From: an uncultured Trueperaceae bacterium
Lineage (GTDB): Bacteria > Deinococcota > Deinococci > Deinococcales > Trueperaceae
NCBI GenBank assembly: GCA_963799485.1
Contig: CAWCXJ010000009.1
Coordinates: 128,001 to 192,000, forward strand
Direction of reading: 5' to 3'
DNA: 64,000 nucleotides
Of this stretch, positions 41,845-51,041 are shown piece by piece. The notes beneath the pieces were generated by a model. That model was not told the DNA's origin. It did no database searches and was given only the letters and a program-made list of their open reading frames with translations. Each line of letters begins with the position of its first letter. Within the stretch, counting starts at the first letter, position 1. The translations under genes were made by a program, and so were the position numbers.

Positions 41845-42497
41845 ACTACCGCAGCAAAACGGAGGTTGCCTACACTATACTCAAAGAAAAAATTTTGCAG
41901 GGGACACTCGCACCCGGAACTCGGCTCGTAATTGACGAACTGGCGCGTACGCTCTCGGTTAGCCACATCCCGGTTAGGGAAGCCATGCAGCAGCTGAGTG
42001 CAGAGGGTTTCATCGTCACTAAACCTTATTTAGGCTCTTATGTGAGCGAGATACATTCCGAATCGGTTAAGGAGATTTTTGAACTCATTCAGGCGCTGGA
42101 ACTCATCAGCGTCCGCAGTGCGGCATTGTGCGTCACGACCCGCGATATAGCCGAATTTACCAAACAGCTCGAACACATGGACACCTTACTCGGCGACCCC
42201 GAGTCCTGGTCGCAGGCCAACATATCGCTGCACCTGTGGTTCTGCCAAAAGGGTAAGGTACCCCTTGTCGAGGACGCTCTCAGCCGTGCGTTCGTCCACT
42301 GGGACAGGCTGCGCCGCGTCTATTTCGCCAGCGTGTCCGCCAAGCACATTACACGCGCGCAGCGTGAACACTGGCTGATGCATGACGCCTTGAGCGCCCA
42401 GGACACCGCAGAACTCGAGGCTGTGGTCCGCCAGCACAACGCTTCAGCCACCGCTGCTTATCTGGCTCACATCGATTCGGTACTAAACTGTGACTGA
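41841..42497 (+). CDS. GntR/FCD transcriptional regulator
   Basis: LARTLSVSHIPVREAM wHTH; FCD C-terminus (EH...HN). Confidence 0.95.
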   Translation: MNYRSKTEVAYTILKEKILQGTLAPGTRLVIDELARTLSVSHIPVREAMQQLSAEGFIVTKPYLGSYVSEIHSESVKEIFELIQALELISVRSAALCVTTRDIAEFTKQLEHMDTLLGDPESWSQANISLHLWFCQKGKVPLVEDALSRAFVHWDRLRRVYFASVSAKHITRAQREHWLMHDALSAQDTAELEAVVRQHNASATAAYLAHIDSVLNCD

Positions 42498-42559
42498 CTA
42501 TCCCCGCTTATCTGTAGTTGCCTCAGTCGCAACTCTTACCGATATTCCCCGATTTCACG

Positions 42560-42705
42560 GAGAGGTAGTTAAGACACTTTAACGAACTGTAGCCTTTCAA
42601 AGTCGTTTGGAGATAGGTAGCCCAAGGATGAGTGCCTTCGCTTAGAGTTGTAAAACCCTTTGAGATAGTCAAAGGTGCCGGGTTTAGCCTGCTGACGAGT
42701 TAGAT
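42560..42705 (-). mobile_element. IS3-family 3' remnant
   Basis: FDYLKGFYNSKRRHSSLGYLSPNDFE integrase C-terminal motif. Confidence 0.7.
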
Positions 42706-42709
42706 AGCT

Positions 42710-43555
42710 TGGAATTGGCAGGGTTCAAACGGACACAAAAGTTTAACTCAAGCTGCCAACCTTGCCAAGCCTTGGGTTTCAAAATCGTTGGGGCAGAGGT
42801 AGCCGAGACTACTATGGAGCCGCCAGCTGTTGTAGTACATCAGGATGAAATCGCCAACTGCCAACCTAGCTGCTTCACGGGTGGCAAAAGAGGATTGATA
42901 GACGAGTTCTTTTTTCAAGGTGGCGAAGAAGCTTTCGGTGTAGGCGTTGTCTAAACATACGCCTGTTCCCGTGAAACTAGGGCGCATTCCCCGATCTGCC
43001 GGTTCGCGCTGGTAAGCGTAACTCGTGTACTGCGAGCCCTTGTCGCTCAGGTGAAGGCTAAGAGCCTCTGAGCTTTGCTCTAACCTGGTGATGGATCAGC
43101 TTAGAGATGTGGCGCTGTTTGGTTGCTATGCTTAGCGCCTGAAGCACGAGGTCGGTTTTCATGTGCTCAGCCTCATCGCGTAACCAACAATGCGCTTCGA
43201 GTAGGCGTCCATCACGACCGCCATATAAAGCCAGCCTTCAGCTGTCTTCACGAAGGTGATATCCGAGTACCAGACTTGATTGTGGTGACCTCGGGCTTGG
43301 GGACGAGCAAGTTGGCGGTTGCCGGCAACGTCTCCGGCGTTTTGCGATGTTGGTACTTGCGCTTGGGTAAGGCGTAAATGCCTGCTCGCCGCATCAGCCT
43401 CTTGACTCGCTTCAGGAGCACTGTAGCCTTGTTCGGCAACCGGTTTTGCCGCGTCGAGCTTGAAGACCATGTCGTACTGCCTCTTGTTCATGACAACTCC
43501 CTCCCGGAGCATTCTGCTCCTTCGTTTGTTGTCCGCTGAACCCTACCTGAGTCCA
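42710..43555 (-). mobile_element. IS3-family element, internally deleted
   Basis: Imperfect TIRs TGGAATTGGCAGGGTTCAAACGGACA / TGGACTCAGGTAGGGTTCAGCGGACA; fragments WYSDITFV...DAYSKRIVG and DNAYTESFFATLKKE. Confidence 0.85.
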
Positions 43556-43671
43556 TAAAACGCCGGTCGGATTTGAAGCCCAATTTGGCTAGGCTGGCGG
43601 CTTAGACCAAAGTTCTTTTGTCTGTTTGACCCCCACTAATTCCACCGCCGCCTTTATCGAAGCCAACGACG

Positions 43672-44952
43672 TTAGCGGCAGGCCTCTCGGTAAGCATCCA
43701 AGCTATAACGCTTCTTGATAAAGTCGAAGTTAAGTGCGTTGGTCACCGTACAAAACCTCTGTGTTGAGACACCATATTCGGCTCCAAAAACGGCTTTATC
43801 AGCCTTCACAAAGGGCGTAAGGAGTTCACACTCGTTATACGTGAAGCACTCCTCGTTAACGGCAAAGTCAAAGTAAGGCTCGAGCTCCGCGACCTGCTCG
43901 AGATCGTTTTTTAGACCGACGGCGAGCCCACGCGCGTGCGCCTCAGCAGCCAAAAAGCGGTTGTAGACGAATTGATCGGCAGCAGTCAGTGGAAAACCGC
44001 TGTCGTTACTGTAACCGTCGACATTATCAGGTTCTACGCCGTCGCAGCCCTTTTGGGCTGCCAAGTCGAGGCGGGCGCGCATGATTGGGCCAAGCACTGA
44101 AAGGTTCCGGACGTCGAGCCAGAGCTCGTCCCAGCCGTCCATCTTCTTGCCCTTGACGGTTGCGCTAAAGGTGGCGGCGTCACTCCGCCACGGCTCGAAG
44201 CTGCCCGCACTAAAGTAACAGATTACGCGCTTGCCGCTCTTTTGAAGCGCCTGAATGGTGCTTACAGTGGTGTCAAAAAGGTCAATATCGTAGACATCGA
44301 CCGGGAGAGTAAGATCGATTTTTCCTTGTAGCTGCCACTGCCAGCTGGTGCCGGGGTTGGGTTGCCAGCGTGTGGGTGAAGAGGTCGGCGTACCTGGGGT
44401 GGGTGAACTTGGGGGCGGCGTGGGCGCAACTGGCGCAGGAGCAGTCTCTAGAGCATTGTCCACGGTAAAGATATTTTGCACCTGAGTCTGTCTGCCGTCT
44501 TTGTATCTAAAGGTAGCGGTCAACGTATGGTTGCCGTCAACCAACCGAACGGTTCTAAAAGGCTTGGCCCGACGCAGCGTACCGCCCACTAGGTCAAATG
44601 GAGCTTGCTGGTCACGTTTGAGGAGTTCGCCGTCAAGGCGAAACCTCACCTCTTTAACTGTCTTAGGCGGTGCGGCAAAGATATATACGTTCCCTGAAAC
44701 CGCGAGGTTGCCGAGCACTTCGGGCTGCGCGCGGTCAGCGCGCTTACTCAGGCGGAGCAGTTCACTGTGCTGGACGCTAAGGCTGGAGGCAGTATTGAGG
44801 GCGTTGCAGCCTGCGAGCAGGAGGCCAAGTAAGGGGAGCAAGACTTTCCGTTGTAACCGGAGTATGTCAGTAGATGTAAAAAGTGAAGAGGGCACCGCAA
44901 AAGTCCTTTCCGGCAGCGAACTACCAAGCATGGAGAAGAGGGTTGAAAGCAC
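43672..44952 (-). CDS. Second GH114 lipoprotein with N-terminal Ig-like domain and Pro/Thr linker
   Basis: Lipobox LLAGC; VRFRLDG...APFD...DGNHTLTA Ig-like module; GH114 motifs CYFSAGSFE, GCDGVEPDNVDGY, FAVNEEC; start probably downstream of 44952. Confidence 0.9.
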   Translation of the reverse strand: MLSTLFSMLGSSLPERTFAVPSSLFTSTDILRLQRKVLLPLLGLLLAGCNALNTASSLSVQHSELLRLSKRADRAQPEVLGNLAVSGNVYIFAAPPKTVKEVRFRLDGELLKRDQQAPFDLVGGTLRRAKPFRTVRLVDGNHTLTATFRYKDGRQTQVQNIFTVDNALETAPAPVAPTPPPSSPTPGTPTSSPTRWQPNPGTSWQWQLQGKIDLTLPVDVYDIDLFDTTVSTIQALQKSGKRVICYFSAGSFEPWRSDAATFSATVKGKKMDGWDELWLDVRNLSVLGPIMRARLDLAAQKGCDGVEPDNVDGYSNDSGFPLTAADQFVYNRFLAAEAHARGLAVGLKNDLEQVAELEPYFDFAVNEECFTYNECELLTPFVKADKAVFGAEYGVSTQRFCTVTNALNFDFIKKRYSLDAYREACR

Positions 44953-45069
44953 TAGGTCGGTTTCGTCTTAAGGGCTTACGCCTTTAGAACAGCTTAGAAA
45001 AGATCGCTGGCGGGAGGTGTGAAAAAAGCTAAATCTGTACATGGCGTTGTTGCATGAATAGGCAAAAGC

Positions 45070-45190
45070 TGACCTGCCCCTTTAGAAGAAGTCTAGACGC
45101 GACGACAGTGCCAGCCCAAATCCAGGAGGCAAACGATGCCGAAGAAGGCCTACAAACCCACGGGGATTATTGGCAAGTTACGGTGAGGGG
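45070..45190 (+). mobile_element. IS3-family 5' remnant
   Basis: TGACCTGCCCC end, GGAGG SD, MPKKAYKPTGIIGKLR resembling an OrfA start. Confidence 0.55.
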
Positions 45191-45286
45191 ACCCCTAAGC
45201 TTGGGCCATTACCGCCGCTTTAACTGTGCTGCTCTCATCCTCCGAGCTTAGCTGACGGCCTGTTTCGCAGAAGATTTAATGCGCCT

Positions 45287-45439
45287 GTGACGACGACCGA
45301 GACAGGGCTCGAGGGTCTTGCCCGCGTAACCTTCCCCTGTGAGGATTTCAGTCTGGATATTCCCGCGTCACCAGCGTTGCAGGCTGTGGCTGACGAGGTG
45401 ACGCTCGAGCCCGACTTTACCGCTGCCGAGGATGCGTAG
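45287..45439 (+). pseudogene. C-terminal remnant, YceI-like
   Basis: GLEGLARVTFPCEDFSLDIP...VADEVTLEPDFTA resembles the YceI beta-barrel C-terminus. Confidence 0.4.
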
Positions 45440-45578
45440 CAGCGAGGCGAATTCCGGGAACCAAATCAAACCCAAACGTTAGCGCGACCGTTTCTAAATG
45501 AGAAGACGCTAAGCTGCGCTTGTGAACGGTGCGAACAACGCTCTAGCGAACCCTGCAGACGGTGTTACAGTAGACGCC

Positions 45579-46262
45579 ATGCCGCTCGTGCTGGTTGTCG
45601 AGGATGAACTTACACTGGCGCAAACCCTCGAGCTGTACCTGCGCCGTGAGGACTTTCGGACGGAGCGGGCCGGGGACGGCGCACGGGCTTTAGAACTCTT
45701 TCGCGTGGCGCGCCCCGACCTGGTGATTCTAGATCTCGGCTTGCCGGGGTTGGACGGGCTCGAGGTGCTTAAAACCGTGCGCGCCCAGTCCGCGACGCCG
45801 GTGATTATCCTGACGGCCCGTGACGAAGAGGTTGATGAACTGTTGGGCTTTGGCCTCGGCGCGGACGATTACCTCGTCAAACCCGTAGCTGCCCGCAAGC
45901 TGATGGCGCGCGTCAAGGCGGTGCTGCGCCGCGCTCAGGGTGCCGTAAACGGAGACGTACCCGCGCAGGTGCTGCGGGTGGGGGTGCTCGAGGTCGATAC
46001 TTACGGGATGGTCGCCAAGGTCGAGGGCACTGCGCTCGAGCTGACGCCGACCGAATTCAAGCTGCTCCATCACCTCGCCCGGACACCGGGGCGGGCCGTC
46101 TCCCGCACTGAACTTTACGAAACCGCGATGCCTGAAAGCGACGCCTTTGAGCGGGCGGTAGACATTCACATCACCAATTTGCGGCGCAAGCTGCGGCTCT
46201 CTGGCGCGGACGGACTTATCGAAACAGTACGCGGTCTCGGCTACCGGCTGGCGGAAACGTAA
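45579..46262 (+). CDS. OmpR/BaeR-type response regulator
   Basis: LVVEDE, LDLGLPG, GADDYLVKP, LTPTEF, ETVRGLGY; TACAGT 7 nt before ATG 45579. Confidence 0.95.
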   Translation: MPLVLVVEDELTLAQTLELYLRREDFRTERAGDGARALELFRVARPDLVILDLGLPGLDGLEVLKTVRAQSATPVIILTARDEEVDELLGFGLGADDYLVKPVAARKLMARVKAVLRRAQGAVNGDVPAQVLRVGVLEVDTYGMVAKVEGTALELTPTEFKLLHHLARTPGRAVSRTELYETAMPESDAFERAVDIHITNLRRKLRLSGADGLIETVRGLGYRLAET

Positions 46263-46269
46263 ACCGGGC

Positions 46270-47475
46270 GTGAACCGCCTGGCAACTCGTCTGCTCTTGG
46301 CGCTCCTCGTGGTTGCGCTCCTGTCACTTTTGGCCGTACCCGTGGCGCAAAGTATCGCGGCGCGGCGCACCTTCGGAGGCTTAAATCCCGAGTTCCGGGG
46401 ACGGGTCGAACGTTCCGCGACGGGGCCGCCACACCGTAACGGGGCACGGCCCCCATTAGCCGACGGGCGACCGGCGGACGAGGGCTTTTTGCGCGCAGAA
46501 AACACCCGGTTGTTCGAGCTTTTAAGTGACTACCGGGCAGCGCAGCGTCAGGCGGTCGCGGTCGGGGTGGGCGGCGCAGTTCTCGCGAGCGTTTTGCTGG
46601 CGCTGCTGCTCTCGCGAACCATCGCCCGGCCTATCGAAGCGGTCTCGAGCGCCGCCTCGCAACTTGCCGCCGGAGATCTGGCAGCGCGCGTAGACCTTGC
46701 ACGGCTCTCGTACCCGGCTGATGAAACGCGTACGCTGGCGCTCGACTTTAACAAGATGGCCGAGGCGCTCTCGCGCTACGAAGGTGAACGTAAAGCGATG
46801 ATTGCCGACATCGCGCACGAACTCCGCAACCCGTTGGCGACGTTACAACTCCGTGTCGACGCCCTCGCCGACGGGCTCGTGCAGTTTAACGACGACGAAG
46901 CCCTGCTGTTGCAGGGGCAGGTCGGGTTGCTGGCACGGCTTATCGGCGACCTGCGTACCCTTTCGCTGGCAGACGCCGACAAGCTTTCTTTGCACCGAAG
47001 TGAGTTTGACTTAAACGACCTCGCCGAAAAGGTCGTCCGTCAGGCACGCCCTAAAGCCGAGGGCGCGGGGTTGGGGTTCACCCCCACAAACGAACCGGCC
47101 TTGGTAGACGCCGACCCCGACCGCCTTACGCAAGTGCTGAACAACCTCCTCGACAACGCCTTTCGGGTGACGCCGCCGGGTGGGAGCGTCGCGGTGCAGC
47201 TTTTTAGCGCGCCGACCGAGGTCACACTCCGGGTACGCGACACCGGCCCCGGCATTCCTGAAGACGAACTCGAGACCGTCTTCGAGCGGTTCGTACAGGG
47301 TCGCCGCCGCGACACCAAGAGCAAAGGGGGCAGCGGGCTGGGGCTTGCGATTGTGCAGAGCCTCGTCAAGCTGCACGGGGGCCGTGTCCGGGCGGGGAAC
47401 TGGTCTGACGAAGGCTCGAGCGGCGCACAGCTCGAGGTTAGTTTGCCCCTGATCGACAGCAAAACGAGCGCCTAA
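46270..47475 (+). CDS. BaeS-like sensor histidine kinase
   Basis: 2 TM, HAMP, IAHELRNPL, NLLDNA, DTGPGI, GSGLGL. Confidence 0.95.
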   Translation: MNRLATRLLLALLVVALLSLLAVPVAQSIAARRTFGGLNPEFRGRVERSATGPPHRNGARPPLADGRPADEGFLRAENTRLFELLSDYRAAQRQAVAVGVGGAVLASVLLALLLSRTIARPIEAVSSAASQLAAGDLAARVDLARLSYPADETRTLALDFNKMAEALSRYEGERKAMIADIAHELRNPLATLQLRVDALADGLVQFNDDEALLLQGQVGLLARLIGDLRTLSLADADKLSLHRSEFDLNDLAEKVVRQARPKAEGAGLGFTPTNEPALVDADPDRLTQVLNNLLDNAFRVTPPGGSVAVQLFSAPTEVTLRVRDTGPGIPEDELETVFERFVQGRRRDTKSKGGSGLGLAIVQSLVKLHGGRVRAGNWSDEGSSGAQLEVSLPLIDSKTSA

Positions 47476-47571
47476 GCGAAATCCAAATAAACTCCATACA
47501 GCACCTTTACTGCGCCCCGGCAAACTATCTTTAGGTCGCTGCACATGCGGCAGGGCCGGAAAGGGAAAAAT

Positions 47572-48420
47572 ATGAAAAGAGAAATCATCGTTCTTACAGC
47601 CTCGAGCCTCCTCATTGGCAGTCTGGGTTTCGTCGGCGCGCAGGGTGCTCAAACCCAGAGTACCCAAAGCGGCGGGGCCGGGACGCAAACGCAAAGCCCG
47701 GCCGCGAGCCAAACCCAAACGTCTCCGGCGCAGCGTCTTCGCGGTCTCGGGGGCAATTTCAAGCACGGTTTCGGTGATGGTGATGATTTCGGCAGAGGTT
47801 TCGGGGGTTTGCCGTTCGGACGGAACCTCGCTCTGGGAACAACGCTCACGCTCGAGTTTTACGCCGGCGACCCGAGCACCGCGAGTGGCGGGGCGAGCAC
47901 ACCGACGCAGACCCTGAACTTCACCTACGGGCAAGACAGCGAGGCCGCTTTCGCGCAGAGCTTCGCCGAGGCGCGGGCAAACGCAGGCTACATGACTGTC
48001 AACGTGGGTGAGCAGACGCAAACGCTCGAGCTGCCGAGTTCAGATACATCGACCGACACCTCGAACACCGACACCGCGAACTCTGACCGAGGCGACCGGC
48101 ACGGCGGCGTTTACGGCGCGCTGCCCCTACGCGGTTTGAACGAGGGCTCGAGCGTCACCGCGACGTTCTATGACGGCGACCCTTCAGGAAACGCCCAAAC
48201 GCTGCAAACCCTGAACTTTACCTACGGGCAAGACAGCGAAGCGGGCTTTGCAAACGACTTCGCCAACGCTGCCCAGAACGCTGCGTATGTGACTATCACG
48301 ACGAGCCCGCAAACGACCACGGTCAACTTGTCGAAAACCACGTCCGGACGTGGCGACAACATGCGCGGTGGTTTTGGCGACCGGGCCTATCACCGGGATG
48401 GGCCGGGAGGTCGCCGGTAA
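47572..48420 (+). CDS. Secreted hypothetical protein with two internal repeats
   Basis: Signal peptide; two copies of FYxGDPS...QTLNFTYGQDSEAxFAxxFAxAxxNAxYxTx; Gly/Arg-rich tracts. Confidence 0.8.
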   Translation: MKREIIVLTASSLLIGSLGFVGAQGAQTQSTQSGGAGTQTQSPAASQTQTSPAQRLRGLGGNFKHGFGDGDDFGRGFGGLPFGRNLALGTTLTLEFYAGDPSTASGGASTPTQTLNFTYGQDSEAAFAQSFAEARANAGYMTVNVGEQTQTLELPSSDTSTDTSNTDTANSDRGDRHGGVYGALPLRGLNEGSSVTATFYDGDPSGNAQTLQTLNFTYGQDSEAGFANDFANAAQNAAYVTITTSPQTTTVNLSKTTSGRGDNMRGGFGDRAYHRDGPGGRR

Positions 48421-48494
48421 AATTACCGTAAAATTACCCCGAAAGGCAGCAGCAGAGAACCCTCGCAGCGGAGCTTGCGAGGGTCTTTTGCAGA

Positions 48495-48836
48495 AGGCGT
48501 CCACGGTTCGCAGTACACCTCGCTGGCCTTCGGGCAACGGCTCGCGCAAGCTCACAGCTAGGGATCGATGGGGACGGTTGGAGACGCGCTAGACAACGCT
48601 GTAGCTGAAAGCTTTTTTGCTACACTCCAGGTCGAACTACTTGACCGCCGGCATTGGCAGACCCGACCACAACTTACGATTGCCATCTTCGGTTACACCG
48701 AAATCTGCTTCACTCGCCAGCGGCTCCATAGGGCGCGCGGCTACCTGAGCCCAACCGAGTACGAGGAGGTGTATGCTCGCCAGCAGGCGGCCTGACCGCC
48801 AAGTCCTAACCCCTCCAAAAAATTGGGGCAACTCCA
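48495..48836 (+). mobile_element. IS3-family 3' remnant
   Basis: GTVGDALDNAVAESFFATLQVEL, RLHRARGYLSPTEYE; end ...GGGGCAACTCCA. Confidence 0.8.
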
Positions 48837-48919
48837 GACCTACAGCTGCAACAATCCGCTCTCGCAAAATCCAATGAACAACCCTTCATCTGTTCAGCTT
48901 ACTTCGGCCCAGCTATAGA

Positions 48920-49047
48920 GGCCCCCTCATTGCTATATTGCTACTGCAGCTGCAATCAACGTCCAAAGGGTGACAGACTGGCTCTGGCTCGCGGGTATCC
49001 CTGTTGCCCAAACGGGTATTTCCAGCTTTGCCCACCTTCAGGTCTAG
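48920..49047 (+). mobile_element. Transposase C-terminal remnant (IS1182/IS5-like)
   Basis: IATAAAINVQRVTDWL..GIPVAQTGISSFA resembles IS1182-type C-termini. Confidence 0.45.
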
Positions 49048-49194
49048 GACTTCGCCAATAGCGTCCGCTCAGGGCATTACCCCGAGGCGGTCGCAGCGGT
49101 GACGCTACGGGTTGCAAATGGTGAGAGCTGGCAAGGGTAGGTAGCACTGCCGCTATCTTCAACCAACCTTCTATGGAGCTGAACCTTTTATGCT

Positions 49195-50067
49195 CTAACC
49201 TTTAACCGCGCCCATAGTCAAGCCGGTGACGATGTAACGCTGAATAAGCAGGGTTAGCAAAATAACCGGCAAGGTGATGAGCACAGCTGCGGCCCCCAAG
49301 CCGCCGAAGTCGATCTGACCATACGAGATGAAGTTAAACACAGCAACCGGAACCGGACGCGTATTGGGTCCAGAGAGAACCAGACTGAATAAGAATTGGT
49401 TCCAGCTAAAGATAAACGCCAAGATACCCGAGGCGACGATGCCCGGGGTCGAAAGTGGCAGAATAATGCGCCAGAACGCGCCGACACGACTCGAGCCGTC
49501 GATGAAAGCTGCCTCTTCAAGCTCGATAGGCACATCTTCAAAAAAAGAGATCATGATCCAGGTGATAAGCGGCATCCCGACAATCAGGTGGGTAAGCGTC
49601 AAGGCGATATAGGTGTCGATCAGACCTAGCGCCCGGAACGCTAAATACCACGGCACCAGGTAGGTGATATACGGCGTAAGCCGCGCGATCAAGATCGCAA
49701 AGGCCAGGCCGTTTTGCTTAAACCGGGCAATCGAGTAGGCCGCAGGTAGGCCAATAACTAGACCCAGCAGGGTCGAAAGCGCGGCGATGACAAACGAGTT
49801 CCAGGTAAACGTAAGAAAATCGTTTTCTTGGAGGACGTTACGGTAGTTGTTGAGTGTAGGCCGAAAAAACCATACCGGCGTGGCGCTGGTATTGTCGAGC
49901 TGGTTGCGGAAACTCGTCAAGATCATCCAGTAAAACGGAAACAGCATGACGATAAGAACTGCGGCCATCAGCAAAAACACACCGATGCGGCCAAGTACTT
50001 TGTTTCGACTCGCGCGTGCTTGCAACTGAGCGGCACTCGGACGGGGTTGGTTTGCCACTTTACTCAT
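49195..50067 (-). CDS. Carbohydrate ABC transporter permease
   Basis: ELEEAAFIDGSS, FSWNQF, GLTMGAVKG. Confidence 0.95.
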   Translation of the reverse strand: MSKVANQPRPSAAQLQARASRNKVLGRIGVFLLMAAVLIVMLFPFYWMILTSFRNQLDNTSATPVWFFRPTLNNYRNVLQENDFLTFTWNSFVIAALSTLLGLVIGLPAAYSIARFKQNGLAFAILIARLTPYITYLVPWYLAFRALGLIDTYIALTLTHLIVGMPLITWIMISFFEDVPIELEEAAFIDGSSRVGAFWRIILPLSTPGIVASGILAFIFSWNQFLFSLVLSGPNTRPVPVAVFNFISYGQIDFGGLGAAAVLITLPVILLTLLIQRYIVTGLTMGAVKG

Positions 50068-50951
50068 CTAGCCCTCCTCAGTAAGTTGAAAATAATCGAG
50101 ACACCGAGCACCACAAACATTAAAAGAATAAGTAGTGTCGCCGCGTAGCCCGCCCGAAAAAACTCAAAGCCCGTTTTGAACGCGTAGACGTTCAGGGTCT
50201 CCGAGGCAATGCCCGGACCACCCTGGGTAATAACGTAGATGATATCGAACGTTTTGAGCGCGTCGATGCTCCGTAAAATCAGGGCTACGATTACCGCCGA
50301 GCGAATACTTGGAAGGGTGATGTGCCAAAAGTTCTGGACGCTGTTTGCCCCGTCGATACGCGCCGCCTCGTAGTATTCTTGTGAAACGCCCTGCAGGGCG
50401 GCGAGCAGAATAAGTGCTACGAAGGGTGTCCATTCCCAGACGTCGACGAGTACCAAAGATGGGATGACCAAACGGTTATCGGCTACCCAAAGCGAGCGCG
50501 GCAGTCCTAAGGCTTCTAAAAAGGCGTTAAGAACTCCGAGGTTGGGGTTAAACATCAGCGCCCAGATAAGTGCAATCGCAACCGGAGTTGCAACCATCGG
50601 CAGCAGAGTGATCGTTCTGACCAGACCTTTTCCGGGGAACTCCCGGTTGAAAAGTAGCGCGATAGCCAAACCCAGAACGAGCTGTAAGGGAACAGCGAGG
50701 AGCGTAAAGTAAAAGGTCAGTCTGAGACCGTTCCAGGTGCGCGCGTCGGAAAAAGCTTCACGAAAGTTTCCCAAGCCCACGAAGCTTGGCGACGTACCGA
50801 TAAAGTAGTTGTACGCCGAGAGTACGATGTTAGCCGCAATAGGTGCGACGATCAGCAGCAGCATGGCTAAAAGTGCCGGTAGCGGAAAGATCCACTTCGC
50901 GTGCCGGTCGATAAAGTCAGCAGCACTTCTCATAGTGTTTTCCCGGCCCAA
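50064..50951 (-). CDS. Carbohydrate ABC transporter permease
   Basis: DVWEWTPF, YEAARIDGA, TQGGPG. Confidence 0.95.
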   Translation of the reverse strand: MGRENTMRSAADFIDRHAKWIFPLPALLAMLLLIVAPIAANIVLSAYNYFIGTSPSFVGLGNFREAFSDARTWNGLRLTFYFTLLAVPLQLVLGLAIALLFNREFPGKGLVRTITLLPMVATPVAIALIWALMFNPNLGVLNAFLEALGLPRSLWVADNRLVIPSLVLVDVWEWTPFVALILLAALQGVSQEYYEAARIDGANSVQNFWHITLPSIRSAVIVALILRSIDALKTFDIIYVITQGGPGIASETLNVYAFKTGFEFFRAGYAATLLILLMFVVLGVSIIFNLLRRAR

Positions 50952-51041
50952 AGGCTGGGAGGTCTCCTCTCAAAAAATAAGGCCGAACCCAAGGTGCAGA
51001 GTTCAGCCTGACTGATTAACGTAGTTGCGTAGCCTGCAGCG

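Noticed and set aside
47011..48021. 336-aa minus-strand ORF
   Set aside because: Antisense to the histidine kinase and secreted protein; no motifs
48417..48438. Tandem GTAAAATTACC x2 at the end of the secreted-protein gene
   Set aside because: Likely a local duplication or IS scar; no function supportable
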